This document shows, piece by piece, positions 29,551-40,598 of a stretch of 64,000 bases of DNA (its first letter is position 1; each line of letters opens with the position of its first letter). The stretch is from an uncultured Chloroflexia bacterium (GTDB lineage Bacteria; Chloroflexota; Anaerolineae; Anaerolineales; E44-bin32), in the NCBI GenBank assembly GCA_963727915.1, contig CAVSID010000001.1, forward strand, positions 999,210 to 1,063,209, written 5' to 3'. Made by a program: the position numbers and the translations under genes. Below the pieces are notes generated by a model, which saw nothing but the letters and a program-made list of their open reading frames with translations, was not told the origin of the DNA and did not search any database.

Positions 29551-30617
29551 ATGGCTGTGATCCGCCTTCCGGGATTGGCCGATCCGCACGTGCATTTGCG
29601 CGAGCCGGGCGGGACGCACAAGGAGGACTTCGACAGCGGGACAGCGGCGGCCCTGGCTGGGGGCTTCACCCAGGTTTTGGCGATGCCCAACACGATGCCG
29701 CCGGTCGTTCGACTCCCCTAGTCTGGATTTGGCGTTGCGTGCGGCGAAGGCCAAGGCGCGTTGCGACTACGGTGTCTTTCTCGGCGCCGGGCTGCACAAC
29801 GCATTCCATGCTGCCAGGGCCGCCTCCCGTGCCTGCGGGCTGAAGATGTACCTGGATCAGACCTACGGGCCGCTCAGGCTGGACGATCTGGCGGCGATGC
29901 AGGCACACGTCCGAGAATGGCCCCACGACCGTCCCCTGGCGGCCCACGCTGAAGGCCGCAGCCTGGCTGCCATCCTGCTCCTGGCGGCGGTCTTCGATCG
30001 TCCTTTGCATGTCTGCCACGTCAGCCGCCGGGTCGAGATCGAACTCATCCGTCGGGTAAAGGAGCGCGGCCAGCACGTGACCTGCGAGGTCACCCCCCAC
30101 CATCTGTTCTTGAACCAGGACGACGCCCAGCGGCTCGGTGAAGGGAGGGGCAGCGTGCGGCCCAGTGCTGGCCAGCGAGGAGGACCGCCTGGCCCTGTGG
30201 GAGGCGATGGACGTGATTGATTGCTTCGCAACTGATCACGCGCCGCACACCCTGGCCGAGAAAGATGGTCCAGAGCCCCCGCCAGGTTTCCCCGGCCTGG
30301 AGACGGCTCTTCCGTTGGCCTTGACCGCCGTCCACGATGGAAGGCTCACTCTGGATCAAGTCGTTCAGCGGATGTGCGTCGCGCCGCGGCGCATCTTCGG
30401 GCTTCCGGATCAAGCACATACGTGGGTCGAAGTCGACCCCAATGATCGATGGGAGGTGAAGCATGAACCGTTGTTAACACGCTGCCAGTGGACCCCGTTC
30501 GAGGGCCGCCGAGTGTGGGGGCGTATCCGCAATGTGACATTGCGCGGGCAAACAGCCTACTCCGACGGCCGGGTGCTGGCGGCTCCCGGTAGCGGGCGCA
30601 GTGTGCGCCCGGGTTGA
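29551..30617 (+). CDS. pyrC: Dihydroorotase (frameshifted)
   Basis: [15 protein letters not shown]...[11 protein letters not shown]...[33 protein letters not shown]...PGFPGLET. Confidence 0.9.
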
Positions 30618-30643
30618 GCGAATCAAAGCCTTGGGAGGAACTG

Positions 30644-31643
30644 ATGAGTGCAGTCGCAACGACGCGTGAGAAGCGCAGCTTGAGCCCGCACCTGCCTTTC
30701 GGCGATCGGCAGGAGTTGCGGTTCTATGGATGGGACATCCTCTCGGTGTCCCAATTTGATCGGCAGGACCTGGACTATCTCTTCGGCGTGGCTAAGGAAA
30801 TGCGAGCCACCGTCGAGCGGATCGGGGCGTTCGATTTGCTCAAAGGCAAGGTCCTGGCCAATCTCTTTTATGAGCCATCGACACGGACATCTTCGTCATT
30901 CTTGGCCGCTATGGCGCGACTGGGTGGGAGTGTGATCCCGATCAACGAAGTCCGCTATTCGTCGGTAGCCAAGGGCGAGTTCTCTTCCCGATACCGTCCG
31001 CACACTCGAATCCTACGCCGACGTCATCGTCCTGCGCCATCCCGAAATCGGCGCCGCGGCCCTGGCTGCCAGGTATGCCCGCAAGCCGATCATCAACGCC
31101 GGCGACGGCGTCGGCGAACATCCCACGCAGGCGCTGCTGGATCTTTTCACGATCGAAGAGGAACTCGGCCGCCTGGATGGGCTGACGGTGACCATGCTCG
31201 GCGACCTGAGATATGGCCGGACGGTGCATTCGCTGTCGCGGCTCCTGGCGCTGTTTGGCGCGCGGCTCAACTATGTCAGCCCTGACAGCCTTCAGCTGCC
31301 GCGGGAATTGTGGGATGAACTGGCAACTAAGGGCGTGCAACAGTCGCGAGCCGACGAGTTGGAGGCCGTGCTGCCCGAGACCGACGTGCTGTACGTGACC
31401 CGTGTTCAGAAGGAGCGCTTCGACGATCCGTCGGACTATGAAGCGGTCAAAGGCAGCTATGTGATCACACCTGAAACGATGGCGGCTGCCAAGCCATCCA
31501 TGGCTCTGATGCATCCCTTCCCGCGCGTCGGGGAAATAAGCCAGGAAGTCGACGACGATCCCCGGGCCGCTTACTTCCGCCAGATGGAATGTGGCTTGTA
31601 TGTGCGCATGGCACTGCTGGCGATGGTCCTGGGCAAGGCCTGA
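30644..31643 (+). CDS. pyrB: Aspartate carbamoyltransferase (frameshifted)
   Basis: [30 protein letters not shown] (shifted frame), [28 protein letters not shown]...AYFRQ. Confidence 0.93.
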
Positions 31644-31654
31644 GAGGAGAGGCG

Positions 31655-33118
31655 ATGGGAGGCGGAAGCATGGTTGCACGAAGCGTCGCGTTGCCTACCC
31701 GACAGGCGGCGCAGGGACCGTTCTTCGAACGACTTGAAGCCCGGGCCCGGGAGATCGATTCGTTGTTATGCGTCGGTCTGGACGCCCACCCATCTTCGGT
31801 GAAGGCGCCCGGGGCCGAGGAGGCCCTGGCCTTTTGCCGCCGGGTGATCGAGGCGACCGCCGATTTGGCGTGCGCCTTCAAGATCAACAGCGCCTTCTTT
31901 GAAGCCATGGGCGGCGAGGGGCTGGATGCATTGCGGGCAGTCGTGGCAAGTATCCCGGCTGAGGTCCCCGTTATTCTCGACGCCAAACGCGGGGATATCG
32001 GCTCAACCTCCGAGGCCTACGCCCGAGCGGTCTTCGACGTGGTGGGCGCCGATGCGGTCACACTCAACCCCTATCTGGGGTGGGATGCCCTCGAGCCGTT
32101 CTTCGCCCGTGAACACCATGCCGGATTCGTGTTGGTCAAGACCTCCAATCCCGGGGCGGACGAGCTTCAGCGTGTGGTGGTGAGCGGCGGCGAACCGCTC
32201 TACGTGCATGTCGCCCGGTGGGTGGGCGGCTGGCCGCACGCAGACCGGCTCGGGCTCGTGGTAGGCGCTACGGACCCGGAGGCGGTCAAGAGGGTGCGGG
32301 AGGCTGCGCCGCATGCCTGGCTTTTGTGCCCCGGCGTCGGCGCACAAGGGGGCGACCTGGAAGCCACCCTGCGAGCCGGGCTGAGGGAAGACGGCCGGGG
32401 GGTCCTGATCACGGTCTCGCGCGGCTTGACGTCGGCGAAATCGCCGGCGAAAGAAGCTGAAGCGCTGAGACGCAGGATCAATGTCGTCCGAGAAGCCGCC
32501 GTGGGCAGCCGTCCCGCCCCTGCCAGGCGGAATGCCGAGGGCCTTGTCCGGTCCCTGGTCGCCTCCGGCTGTGTCAGGTTCGGGGATTTCGTGCTGAAGT
32601 CCGGCAAGTCGTCGCCGGTCTATATCGACCTGCGGCGAATGGCGTCGTTCCCCGACCTGCTGGGGCGCGCCGCCGGCGCGTACCAGCCGATCTTGGAGGG
32701 GCTGGGGTTCGATTGTCTGGCGGGGATCCCCTACGCCGGCTTGCCGATCGCCACCGCCATCTCGCTGCAGAGCGGGCTGCCTGCGATCTACCCCCGAAAG
32801 GAGTCCAAGGCATATGGCCTGCGGGCAGAGGTGGAAGGCGCCTTTGCGCCGGGGCAGACGGCAGTCGTCATCGATGATGTGGCCAGTTCGGGCGAGAGCA
32901 AGCTGGAAGCCATCCGTCGCTTGGAGGACCAAGGGCTTATCGTACGGGATGTCGTGGTGCTGATCGATCGGCAGGGCGGGGCTCGCTCGGAACTGGAACG
33001 TCAAGGCTACGCCTTCCACGCTGCGCTGAAACTGGAGACCTTGGTCGAGATCTGGCGGGACGAAGGCTGGATCGACGATCGCCAGGCGGAGGCCGTGCTG
33101 GCTGGCGTGGTGGATTAG
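31655..33118 (+). CDS. pyrF: Fused OMP decarboxylase - orotate phosphoribosyltransferase (PyrF-PyrE)
   Basis: LCVGLD, FKINSAFFE, DAKRGDIGST, PGVGAQGG. Then FGDFVLKSGKSSPVYIDLR, GIPYAGLP, VVIDDV, LIDRQ, all in one uninterrupted ORF. Confidence 0.93.
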   Translation: MGGGSMVARSVALPTRQAAQGPFFERLEARAREIDSLLCVGLDAHPSSVKAPGAEEALAFCRRVIEATADLACAFKINSAFFEAMGGEGLDALRAVVASIPAEVPVILDAKRGDIGSTSEAYARAVFDVVGADAVTLNPYLGWDALEPFFAREHHAGFVLVKTSNPGADELQRVVVSGGEPLYVHVARWVGGWPHADRLGLVVGATDPEAVKRVREAAPHAWLLCPGVGAQGGDLEATLRAGLREDGRGVLITVSRGLTSAKSPAKEAEALRRRINVVREAAVGSRPAPARRNAEGLVRSLVASGCVRFGDFVLKSGKSSPVYIDLRRMASFPDLLGRAAGAYQPILEGLGFDCLAGIPYAGLPIATAISLQSGLPAIYPRKESKAYGLRAEVEGAFAPGQTAVVIDDVASSGESKLEAIRRLEDQGLIVRDVVVLIDRQGGARSELERQGYAFHAALKLETLVEIWRDEGWIDDRQAEAVLAGVVD

Positions 33119-33165
33119 AATGGCCTGCTCGGGACCTGCCGGAAAACACAGGAGATCGACGATCC

Positions 33166-34080
33166 GTGACGAGCAATTCCAGGCTGGCGGCCATCGCCCT
33201 GGCCCTGTTGGTTACCTTTCTCTGGTCCACCTCCTGGGTGCTGATCAAGATTGGCCTGCGCGAGGTGCCCGCCCTGACCTTCGCCGGCCTGCGCTATGTC
33301 CTGGCGTTCTTGGTGCTGGTGCCGGTGCTTGCCTATCGGGGGCACCTGGATCGGGTTCGACGGCTTCCCCGGCGAACCTGGCTGCGGCTCGCTATTCTCG
33401 GTGTCTTATTCATCACTATGACCCAAGGGGCGCAGTTCGTGGCCTTGTCCTACCTCCCGGCGGTGACGGTCAACTTGATCCTCAGCCTGACCACCATCGC
33501 CGTGGCGTTGCTGGGGATCTTCTTCTTGGGCGAGACCCCAGGCAGGGTGCAGTGGGTTGGCATCGGCCTGGCGCTGCTGGGCGCGCTGGTCTACTTCCTC
33601 CCGGTCGGCGCCGAGGGGGGCCAGGTGATCGGGTTGATCGTGGCCGGCGTCTGTGTTCTGGCGAATGCTGGTTCCGGCGTGATGGGCAGAGACGTCAATC
33701 GGCAACGGGATCTACCGCCTCTCTTGGTGACAACCGTCAGCATGGGCTTTGGCTCGATTCTGCTCTTGGGAGCTGGTCTGGCATTTCAGGGACTGCCGCA
33801 AATGACTCCATCCGGCTGGCTGATCATCGGCTGGTTGGCCGTTGTCAACACCGCTCTGGCTTTCACCCTATGGAACCACACGCTGCAAACCCTGACAGCG
33901 GTCGAATCCTCGGTCATCAACAACAGCATGCTGATCCAGATACCCATCCTGGCGGTGATCTTCCTGGGCGAGCACCTCACCTGGCTAGAAATCGGCGGAC
34001 TATGCTTGGCCGGCCTGGGCACCCTGATCGTGCAGCTGCGAAGACCCTCCCTGAGCGAGGCGATCCCCGTCCAAGACTAA
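33166..34080 (+). CDS. DMT/EamA family transporter
   Basis: About 10 TM helices, two EamA repeats (LWSTSWVLIK..., FLGE motifs). Confidence 0.88.
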   Translation: MTSNSRLAAIALALLVTFLWSTSWVLIKIGLREVPALTFAGLRYVLAFLVLVPVLAYRGHLDRVRRLPRRTWLRLAILGVLFITMTQGAQFVALSYLPAVTVNLILSLTTIAVALLGIFFLGETPGRVQWVGIGLALLGALVYFLPVGAEGGQVIGLIVAGVCVLANAGSGVMGRDVNRQRDLPPLLVTTVSMGFGSILLLGAGLAFQGLPQMTPSGWLIIGWLAVVNTALAFTLWNHTLQTLTAVESSVINNSMLIQIPILAVIFLGEHLTWLEIGGLCLAGLGTLIVQLRRPSLSEAIPVQD

Positions 34081-34102
34081 CCACCAAATCCGGGGGGCGT
34101 CT

Positions 34103-35201
34103 GTGAGCGGCGGATCCTATGCGCTGCTCCGTCGGCTCTTGTTTCGCTTTGATCCCGAACGTGCCCACAGGCTGACCCTGGGCTTGCTGCGCCTGGCGGG
34201 CTGGTTTCCACCCAGCCGGGCCTGGCTCCGTCATGTCTATGCCAACACCGCGCCGAGCCTTACGCGAGAAGCGATGGGATTGAGCTTCCCCAATCCGCTG
34301 GGGCTGGCCGCCGGCTACGACAAGGATGGGCTGGCGCTTGCCGGGCTGGCGTGTCTTGGTTTTGGGCATATTGAATTGGGGACGGTCACACCCATGGCCC
34401 AAGCGGGACGGCCGCGCCCACGCATCTTCCGACTGGCGGAGGACCAGGCGCTGATCAACCGGATGGGGTTTCCCAATCTGGGCGTGCAGGCGCTGGTTCG
34501 CCGATTGCGCCGCGCGAGCAGGCATAATATTGTTTTGGGCGTGAACCTGGGCAAGGGCATCGAAACGCCCCTTGAGCGGCGCCGGTGACGATTACATTGG
34601 GCTGCTGCGCGCTGTTTATGATCTAGCCGACTATGTGACGATCAACCTCTCATCCCCCAACACACCGGGGCTGCGCCGGCTTCAGGCGGGTCGGCTCTTG
34701 GAGAGGCTGCTCTCGGAGGTGTGCCAGGCCCGCAGCGAGATGGAACTGTCCAGCGGACGGCACCTACCGCTGGCCATCAAACTGTCCCCGGATCTTGCCC
34801 CGTCAGACCTCGAGGCGGCGGTCGAGGCGGCGCAGGCCCACGGGTTGGAGGGCATTGTGGCAGTCAACACCAGCCGAGCCCGCGACGGGGTGACCTCGCC
34901 AGGGGCCCGAGAAGAGGGCGGCCTGAGCGGGAGGCCGTTGTGGCCGGCGGCGCTGGGGGCGGTGGCATGCCTCCGCGCCTGCGCCGGCGATGCGATGACC
35001 GTGATTGGCGTGGGCGGGATCGACTCGCCCGAGCGGGCGAGCCACACGCTTGACTCCGGCGCCGATTTGATCCAGGTTTATACAGGACTTGTCTATGAGG
35101 GTCCCGGCCTGCCAGCTTCCATACTGCGAGCATTAGCGGGCCGGACTGCTGGCGCCGAGCGGGGGGCGCAGCCGATCGCTCGTGTGCAGCGCCCCGGATA
35201 G
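34103..35201 (+). CDS. pyrD: Quinone-dependent dihydroorotate dehydrogenase (class 2), frameshifted
   Basis: DPERAH, FPNPLGLAAGYDK, GTVTP, LINRMGFPN, INLSSPNTPGLR, KLSPD, GGLSG, IGVGGI, QVYTGLVYEGP. Confidence 0.93.
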
Positions 35202-35221
35202 GGGAAGCGTTAGGGGGAATC

Positions 35222-36313
35222 ATGTACGCCAAAGGGGGAGGCGATCATGTTTGGCGCAGCCGAGCCATCGACCTGGCGGGGCTGCTGGCCCTGGCCGGGC
35301 TCGTCGGGCTTCTCTTCTGGTTTCGTTCGCATACCGCGCCCACCGACACGCCCAGTCCTGCGGACAACGCGACAGACGCCATCGCTATCTTCTTCACCCA
35401 GCCCGGGAAGCCCGATTCGCTCGCCGACGGCCCTGCCGAGGCGCTCTCTCAGGCGGTCCTTGCCGCTAACCAGACGATCGACGTGGCGGTCTACGAACTC
35501 GACCTGGTGCCGCTGGCCGACGCGCTGATCTCCGCCGCCGCTCGCGGGGTCCGCGTGCGTGTCGTCGCCGAAAGTGACAATGCGGCGCAGGGACAGCTTC
35601 CAAGGATCGAGGCCGCCGGCATCCCGGTCGTCCTCGATCGGCGACCGTCGCTGATGCATGACAAGTTCACCGTGATCGACGGGGGAGAGGTGTGGACCGG
35701 CTCGATGAACTACACCGCCAACGGCGTCTACCGCAACAACAATAACTTGGTCCGTCTGCGATCGGCCGAAGCGGCTCGGCGCTACACCCAGGAATTCGAA
35801 GAGATGTTCCTGGACGACCGGTTCAGCGCGCTGTCGCTGGCCTCCACAGAGCCGACGGCGCTGAATGTCGGCGGCACAGCAGTGGAGATTCTCTTCTCGC
35901 CCGACGATCATCCGGCCAGCCGAATTGTGGCTGCGATCGAGGCGGCAAGGTCACGGGTGGATGTTCTGGCATTTTCATTCACGTCCGACGAAATTGCCGA
36001 GGCGCTCATGGAGCGGTTGCGATCGGGGGTGCACGTCCGGGGCGTGATGGAGGCCGACCAGGCGGCCGGGGTTGGGAGCCAGTTCGCCAACCTGAGGGAG
36101 GCAGGCATGGACCTGCGCTTGGACGGCAATCCGGGATTGCTGCATCATAAGGTGATCGTGATCGACGACGCCACGGTTATCACCGGTTCCTACAACTTCA
36201 GCCGCAGCGCTGAAACCACCAACGACGAGAACGTGGTCATCATCCACTCGACCTCGGCTGCCCGGGCCTTTGAGGCCGAGGTCGAGCGACTGTACGACGC
36301 CGGCTTGCCCTGA
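35222..36313 (+). CDS. Phospholipase D family protein with two HKD motifs and N-terminal TM
   Basis: MHDKFTVID...TGSMN and LHHKVIVID...TGSYNFS. Confidence 0.88.
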   Translation: MYAKGGGDHVWRSRAIDLAGLLALAGLVGLLFWFRSHTAPTDTPSPADNATDAIAIFFTQPGKPDSLADGPAEALSQAVLAANQTIDVAVYELDLVPLADALISAAARGVRVRVVAESDNAAQGQLPRIEAAGIPVVLDRRPSLMHDKFTVIDGGEVWTGSMNYTANGVYRNNNNLVRLRSAEAARRYTQEFEEMFLDDRFSALSLASTEPTALNVGGTAVEILFSPDDHPASRIVAAIEAARSRVDVLAFSFTSDEIAEALMERLRSGVHVRGVMEADQAAGVGSQFANLREAGMDLRLDGNPGLLHHKVIVIDDATVITGSYNFSRSAETTNDENVVIIHSTSAARAFEAEVERLYDAGLP

Positions 36314-36343
36314 GACATCGGATCGGCAAATCTACCACGCTTA

Positions 36344-36361
36344 TTGTGACAGATTTCACAA
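36344..36361. promoter_or_regulatory. Rex-like palindrome between convergent genes
   Basis: TTGTGACAGATTTCACAA. Confidence 0.55.
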
Positions 36362-36409
36362 ATTGGACGAGTCCCGCGGCGTGGACCAGGCGCCGAGGGC
36401 GGATGAGCG

Positions 36410-37447
36410 CTATTTCGCCAGCGGCCAGGTGGGAAGGACGTCCATGTCGAGCGCATCCCGCTGGCCGGCCAGGTAGCGGCGGTGGCCGACGGCAGCGATC
36501 ATGGCAGCGTTGTCGGTGCACAGGTTCAGCGGGGGGACATGGACCGGGTAGTCGGGGTTTTCCTGCAGGCTATCGCGCAGCGACTGGTTGGCGGAGACGC
36601 CGCCGGCGATGAGGATATGAGCGGCGTTGAACTGCTTGGCCGCCGCCAGGGTCTTGCCCACCAAGACATCGACCACGGCGGTCTGGAAGGATGCCGCCAG
36701 ATCGCTGATCGGCAGGCCGGGGCGAGGCGCTTCCACACCGGCTTTGAGATCCGGCTCCAGCTTGCGCACCTCGCGAAGGACCGCCGTCTTCAGGCCGCTG
36801 AACGAGAAATCCCAGGTGCCTTCCAGCCAAGCGCGCGGGAAGGTGTAGGCTTCGGCGTCACCACTTTGGGCTGCCGCCTGAATCGCCGGTCCACCCGGGT
36901 ATCCTAGCCCCAGTAGGCGCGAGACCTTGTCGAAGGCTTCGCCCGCCGCATCATCCAGCGTGCCGCCCAATCTCTGATAGGTCAGGTGATCCGTCATGAG
37001 CACCAGTTCGGTGTGTCCACCGGAAACCACCAGAGCCAGGAGAGGGAACTCCGGCTGGGTGGATTCCTCCGCCAGCCAGATCGAATAGATGTGACCCTCT
37101 AGATGGTTGATCCCCAGCAGCGGAAGGCCGGAGGCCAGAGCCAGGCCCTTGGCCATGTTCATCCCGACCACCAAGGATCCGGCCAATCCCGGCCCGCGTG
37201 TGACGGCGATGGCGTCGATCGCCTCCAGGCCGACGTGGGCCTGGGCCAAGACCCTGTCGACAATGGGGTAGATGGTCTCGATATGCACGCGGGAAGCGAC
37301 CTCGGGATAGACGCCGCCAAATTCGGCGTGGAGCTCGGCCTGGGAGGCCACAGCACGGCTGATGATCTGCGTGCCGTTTTCGACGACGGCCGCCGCAGTC
37401 TCGTCGCAGGAGGTCTCTATCCCAAGAATGCGGGTAGGCGAACTCAT
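36410..37447 (-). CDS. tsaD: tRNA N6-adenosine threonylcarbamoyltransferase
   Basis: ILGIETSCDETAAA, GGVYPEVASR, NHLEGH, VSGGHT, DDAAGEAFDK, FSFSGLKT, CTDNAAMIA. Confidence 0.96.
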   Translation of the reverse strand: MSSPTRILGIETSCDETAAAVVENGTQIISRAVASQAELHAEFGGVYPEVASRVHIETIYPIVDRVLAQAHVGLEAIDAIAVTRGPGLAGSLVVGMNMAKGLALASGLPLLGINHLEGHIYSIWLAEESTQPEFPLLALVVSGGHTELVLMTDHLTYQRLGGTLDDAAGEAFDKVSRLLGLGYPGGPAIQAAAQSGDAEAYTFPRAWLEGTWDFSFSGLKTAVLREVRKLEPDLKAGVEAPRPGLPISDLAASFQTAVVDVLVGKTLAAAKQFNAAHILIAGGVSANQSLRDSLQENPDYPVHVPPLNLCTDNAAMIAAVGHRRYLAGQRDALDMDVLPTWPLAK

Positions 37448-37465
37448 ATGCTCGTGTCCTGTCAC

Positions 37466-38704
37466 CTAAGACCCACTGACCGGCAGCACCAGGTCCGTTG
37501 GGTATTCAACCAGTGGGCGTATCGATCCGTCGGTGTCCACGAGCAACGTGTCCTCGATCCGGACGCCGATGCCCTTGTCCGGATAGTATAGGCCAGGCTC
37601 AAAGGTGAACACCATCCCCGGGGCAAGCGGGAATGAGCCCTTGGAGTCGATGCGGAATGCCGGCGGCTCGTGGACGGAGAGACCGAGGCCATGGCCGAGT
37701 CCATGGACATAGCCGGATTGCACATTGGCGTCGCTGAGTTGGCTGGGATGACCCAGTGCCTCGAACGCCTGACAAACCGCGAGCTGGTAGGTGTGCGTCG
37801 GCTCGCCAACGCGAAACGACGAAACGAAGCGATGGTAGATCTGCAGCACATCCTGGTAGACGGACTGAATCTCGTCGCTGGCATGGCCCAGGCACCAGGT
37901 ACGGGTGAAGTCGTAGTAGTAGCCTCCCCCCGCCTGGGCCGGGTAGATGTCGAAAACGATCGTCTCGCCGATCGGCAGCGGCTGGTCGTCGGTGCCGACG
38001 CTGTGGGGCAGACCGGCGTCCCGCCCGACGGAGAAGATGAGGCCGCTGGGAAGTTCGGCCGCCCGTTCGGCGAGCAGGCCACGAATCCGGGATTTCACAT
38101 GACCGATGGTGATCGGCCGTCCGTCTTGGTCGACGAGTACCCCATCTGATTGGCGTTGATGGGTCAGGAAGTCGGCGATCTTGCCGACGACGTCGGTGGT
38201 CACCTGTCCCATACGGCGGATGCTGTCCACTTCGTCCGGCCCCTTGGTCATGCGAGCCCGGTCGAGCACCGTTTCTCCATCCGGCTCCATGGCCCATTCG
38301 ATGCCAGGAAGGGCCCGCCGCAGGCGCTCCATTAGGGGGTAGCTGGCAGCCAGATCGAGTTGGCCGTAAAGGGCTACCCGTCCCTCCAGCCGGCACGACC
38401 TGAGCACGTCAGCAACGCGGAGCGCCTTGGCGTGGGCCAGGTCGCCGCCAGCACGGTCCAGATAGGTCGCCAAATCGAACGACTCAATCAGCTGCCGCGG
38501 CAGGCCGGTTTCTTCCGCCTCGCCGCGCTCCATGCTTCGGTGAAACAAGACCGGTTGGGCGTCTCGCAGTTTGACCAACAGGGCATCCGTCAGGTGGACC
38601 CGGCCCACGAAGTAAGCCAGGTAAGGATTGTGCTGGGCGGGACCCATCACCACCAGCCCGTCCAGGCCTGCCTCTCCCATCAGACGGTCGATATCCGCTT
38701 TCAC
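37466..38704 (-). CDS. M24 family (Xaa-Pro) peptidase
   Basis: PH...IVFDIYP...YYYDFTRT, HGLGHGLGLSVHEPP, FTFEPGLY, GVRIED. Confidence 0.9.
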   Translation of the reverse strand: MKADIDRLMGEAGLDGLVVMGPAQHNPYLAYFVGRVHLTDALLVKLRDAQPVLFHRSMERGEAEETGLPRQLIESFDLATYLDRAGGDLAHAKALRVADVLRSCRLEGRVALYGQLDLAASYPLMERLRRALPGIEWAMEPDGETVLDRARMTKGPDEVDSIRRMGQVTTDVVGKIADFLTHQRQSDGVLVDQDGRPITIGHVKSRIRGLLAERAAELPSGLIFSVGRDAGLPHSVGTDDQPLPIGETIVFDIYPAQAGGGYYYDFTRTWCLGHASDEIQSVYQDVLQIYHRFVSSFRVGEPTHTYQLAVCQAFEALGHPSQLSDANVQSGYVHGLGHGLGLSVHEPPAFRIDSKGSFPLAPGMVFTFEPGLYYPDKGIGVRIEDTLLVDTDGSIRPLVEYPTDLVLPVSGS

Positions 38705-38730
38705 TAAGACACCTCTAGGAGTGCTTCAGG

Positions 38731-40090
38731 CTAGATGGCCGGGTGGGAAAGTGTCCCCCGCAGGCCTTCCAGCAGGCTCTCTTGCTGTTCAGGAAGGACC
38801 GTTCTCGGGTCCACCACGACTCGGTTCGAAGTCGACCCTGGCAATGATCGGTGGGGTGTGATGACGCAGTTGAGCCAGAAAGGCCTGCGGGTGGTCGACG
38901 TCGAGCGCAAGCAGTGACGTTGGCAACGTTTCCCCCGGTAGACTCCCGCCCCCAACCGTCGACTCGCCCTCTACCACCTCTCCAGTGGCCAGGGTCTGAC
39001 GCCAGGCTTGGGCCGTCGCTCGCACCCCATCAGCCGGTGTTGCGATCATCCGCCAAACCGGCAGTTTGGTGGTCGCCTCGCCGCGCAGGTAGTGGCCCAG
39101 GGTCACCTCCAGGGCGGCCAGGCAGAGCTTGTCGGGGCGAAGGGCGCGTGCCATGGGGTGAATTCTAAGCTGATCTACGCTGGCGGACGTCCCAACAATC
39201 AATCCGGCTTGTGGCCCGCCGAGCAATTTGTCCCCCGAGAAGGTCACTAACGAGGCGCCGGCGCGGACTGATTCTTGCACCATCGGCTCATGGCCAAGCC
39301 CAAAGTTGGATGTGTCCAACAGCGCCCCAGACCCCAGGTCGTCGAGGACGGGGATGTTGTGCTCAACGCCGAGGGACACGAGATCCTCCAGCTTGGGCTC
39401 GGTGGTGTAACCAAGGAGGAGGAAGTTGGAATGATGCGCCCGAACAATGACCGCCGTCTGGTCTCCCACAGCGCCTTCGAAATCGGCCAAGTGGGTCCGG
39501 TTGGTGGTGCCCACCTCCACAACCGTAGCCCCGGACTGCGTCATCACCTCGGGAATGCGGAACCCGCCGCCGATCTCGACCAGCTGGGACCGGGAGATAA
39601 GCGCTTCTTTGCCCTTGGCGAGCGCCGTCAGGCCCAGCAAAATGGCGGCGGCGTTGTTGTTGACCACCAGCGCGGCTTCGGCGCCGGTGAGTTGGGTTAT
39701 CAGGGACTCGATATGGGCTTGTCGATGCCCGCGCTGGCCGGTCTCGAGGTCGTACTCCAGGTTGAGATACGCCGTCGACAACCGGCTGATGGCAGCCTGT
39801 GCGTCTTGGCTCAGGGGCGCTCGGCCGAGATTCGTGTGCAGGATGACCCCCGTGGCGTTGATAACCGACCGCAGCGAGGGGGCAAGCCATTCCTGAAGCC
39901 TCGCCTCTGCGCAGACCAGGATCAGATCTGGCTTCCGCTCGGGCTCTCCGTCACGAATCGCCTGCCGGGCGTCATCGAGGCAGGCGCGAAGGGCGTGCAG
40001 CGTCAGGTCACGACCGAAGTTCTCGATAAGGGACCTGGAAGCTTCGAGGTGGAGCAGGCTGTCGACCGATGGAAGGGCGCGCAGGCTCAT
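38731..40090 (-). CDS. selA: L-seryl-tRNA(Sec) selenium transferase (frameshift near the C-terminus)
   Basis: VINATGVILHTNLGRAPL, VVNNNAAA, SRSQLVEIGGGFRIPEV, EVGTTNRT, FSGDKLLGGPQAG, VGGGSLP. Confidence 0.95.
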
Positions 40091-40485
40091 CCTTCGGGCC
40101 TCCACGTGCTGCGTTCCATGAGCCTCAACAGCCATTCGAAGACGATGAGCGCCAGCCCGAGCAGGATGGCCAGCGAAATCTCCAAGCCGCGGTTGACCTG
40201 GAGCCACACTAGCAAGCCGACGTACAGTCCAACCCAAATGCCTTGCCGAAGCAGGACGCCGGCCGGGACGGCCGCGTCGGGAGCGAAACGCCGGCGAAGC
40301 AGCCAAACGAAGGGCAACGCCGTGCCAGTTGCGGCGATGGTCAGCAAGAAGAAGAACAGCCAGCGCGGCCCCACCGTCGGCTGTGTGGCATGCATGAGAA
40401 GGTACAAACCCGGCCAGCCGATCGCCGCCAACACGATGGCCGAGATCAGGACCTCTGGGTGGTGAGATGATGGCCGATCTGGCAC
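40087..40485 (-). CDS. Hypothetical 4-TM membrane protein
   Basis: Hydrophobic 132-aa ORF overlapping the selA start. RQGIWVG...WLQ motif. Confidence 0.7.
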   Translation of the reverse strand: MPDRPSSHHPEVLISAIVLAAIGWPGLYLLMHATQPTVGPRWLFFFLLTIAATGTALPFVWLLRRRFAPDAAVPAGVLLRQGIWVGLYVGLLVWLQVNRGLEISLAILLGLALIVFEWLLRLMERSTWRPEG

Positions 40486-40598
40486 TCGTTTATGCCCTCC
40501 AGGGCGTCGTCGACATTATAGTCCAGCCTCTATTCGGTCGAAATGCAGGCATGGGGCGGCCACGGCCAAGGCTCGTGTATAATCCGCCGCGAGATCCC

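Noticed and set aside
30560-30700. Possible CAD-like PyrC-PyrB fusion hidden by an indel
   Set aside because: pyrC has a plausible C-terminus and stop at 30617, and pyrB has its own RBS (gggagg) before ATG 30644.
35222-36313. PLD protein as an anti-phage nuclease
   Set aside because: It has an N-terminal membrane anchor, two HKD motifs and housekeeping neighbours, with no helicase, methylase or other defence genes nearby.
38731-40090. selA implying selenoproteins or a sel cluster in this window
   Set aside because: No selB, selD or tRNA-Sec was recognised, and I found no in-frame TGA at a catalytic Cys position in neighbouring genes.
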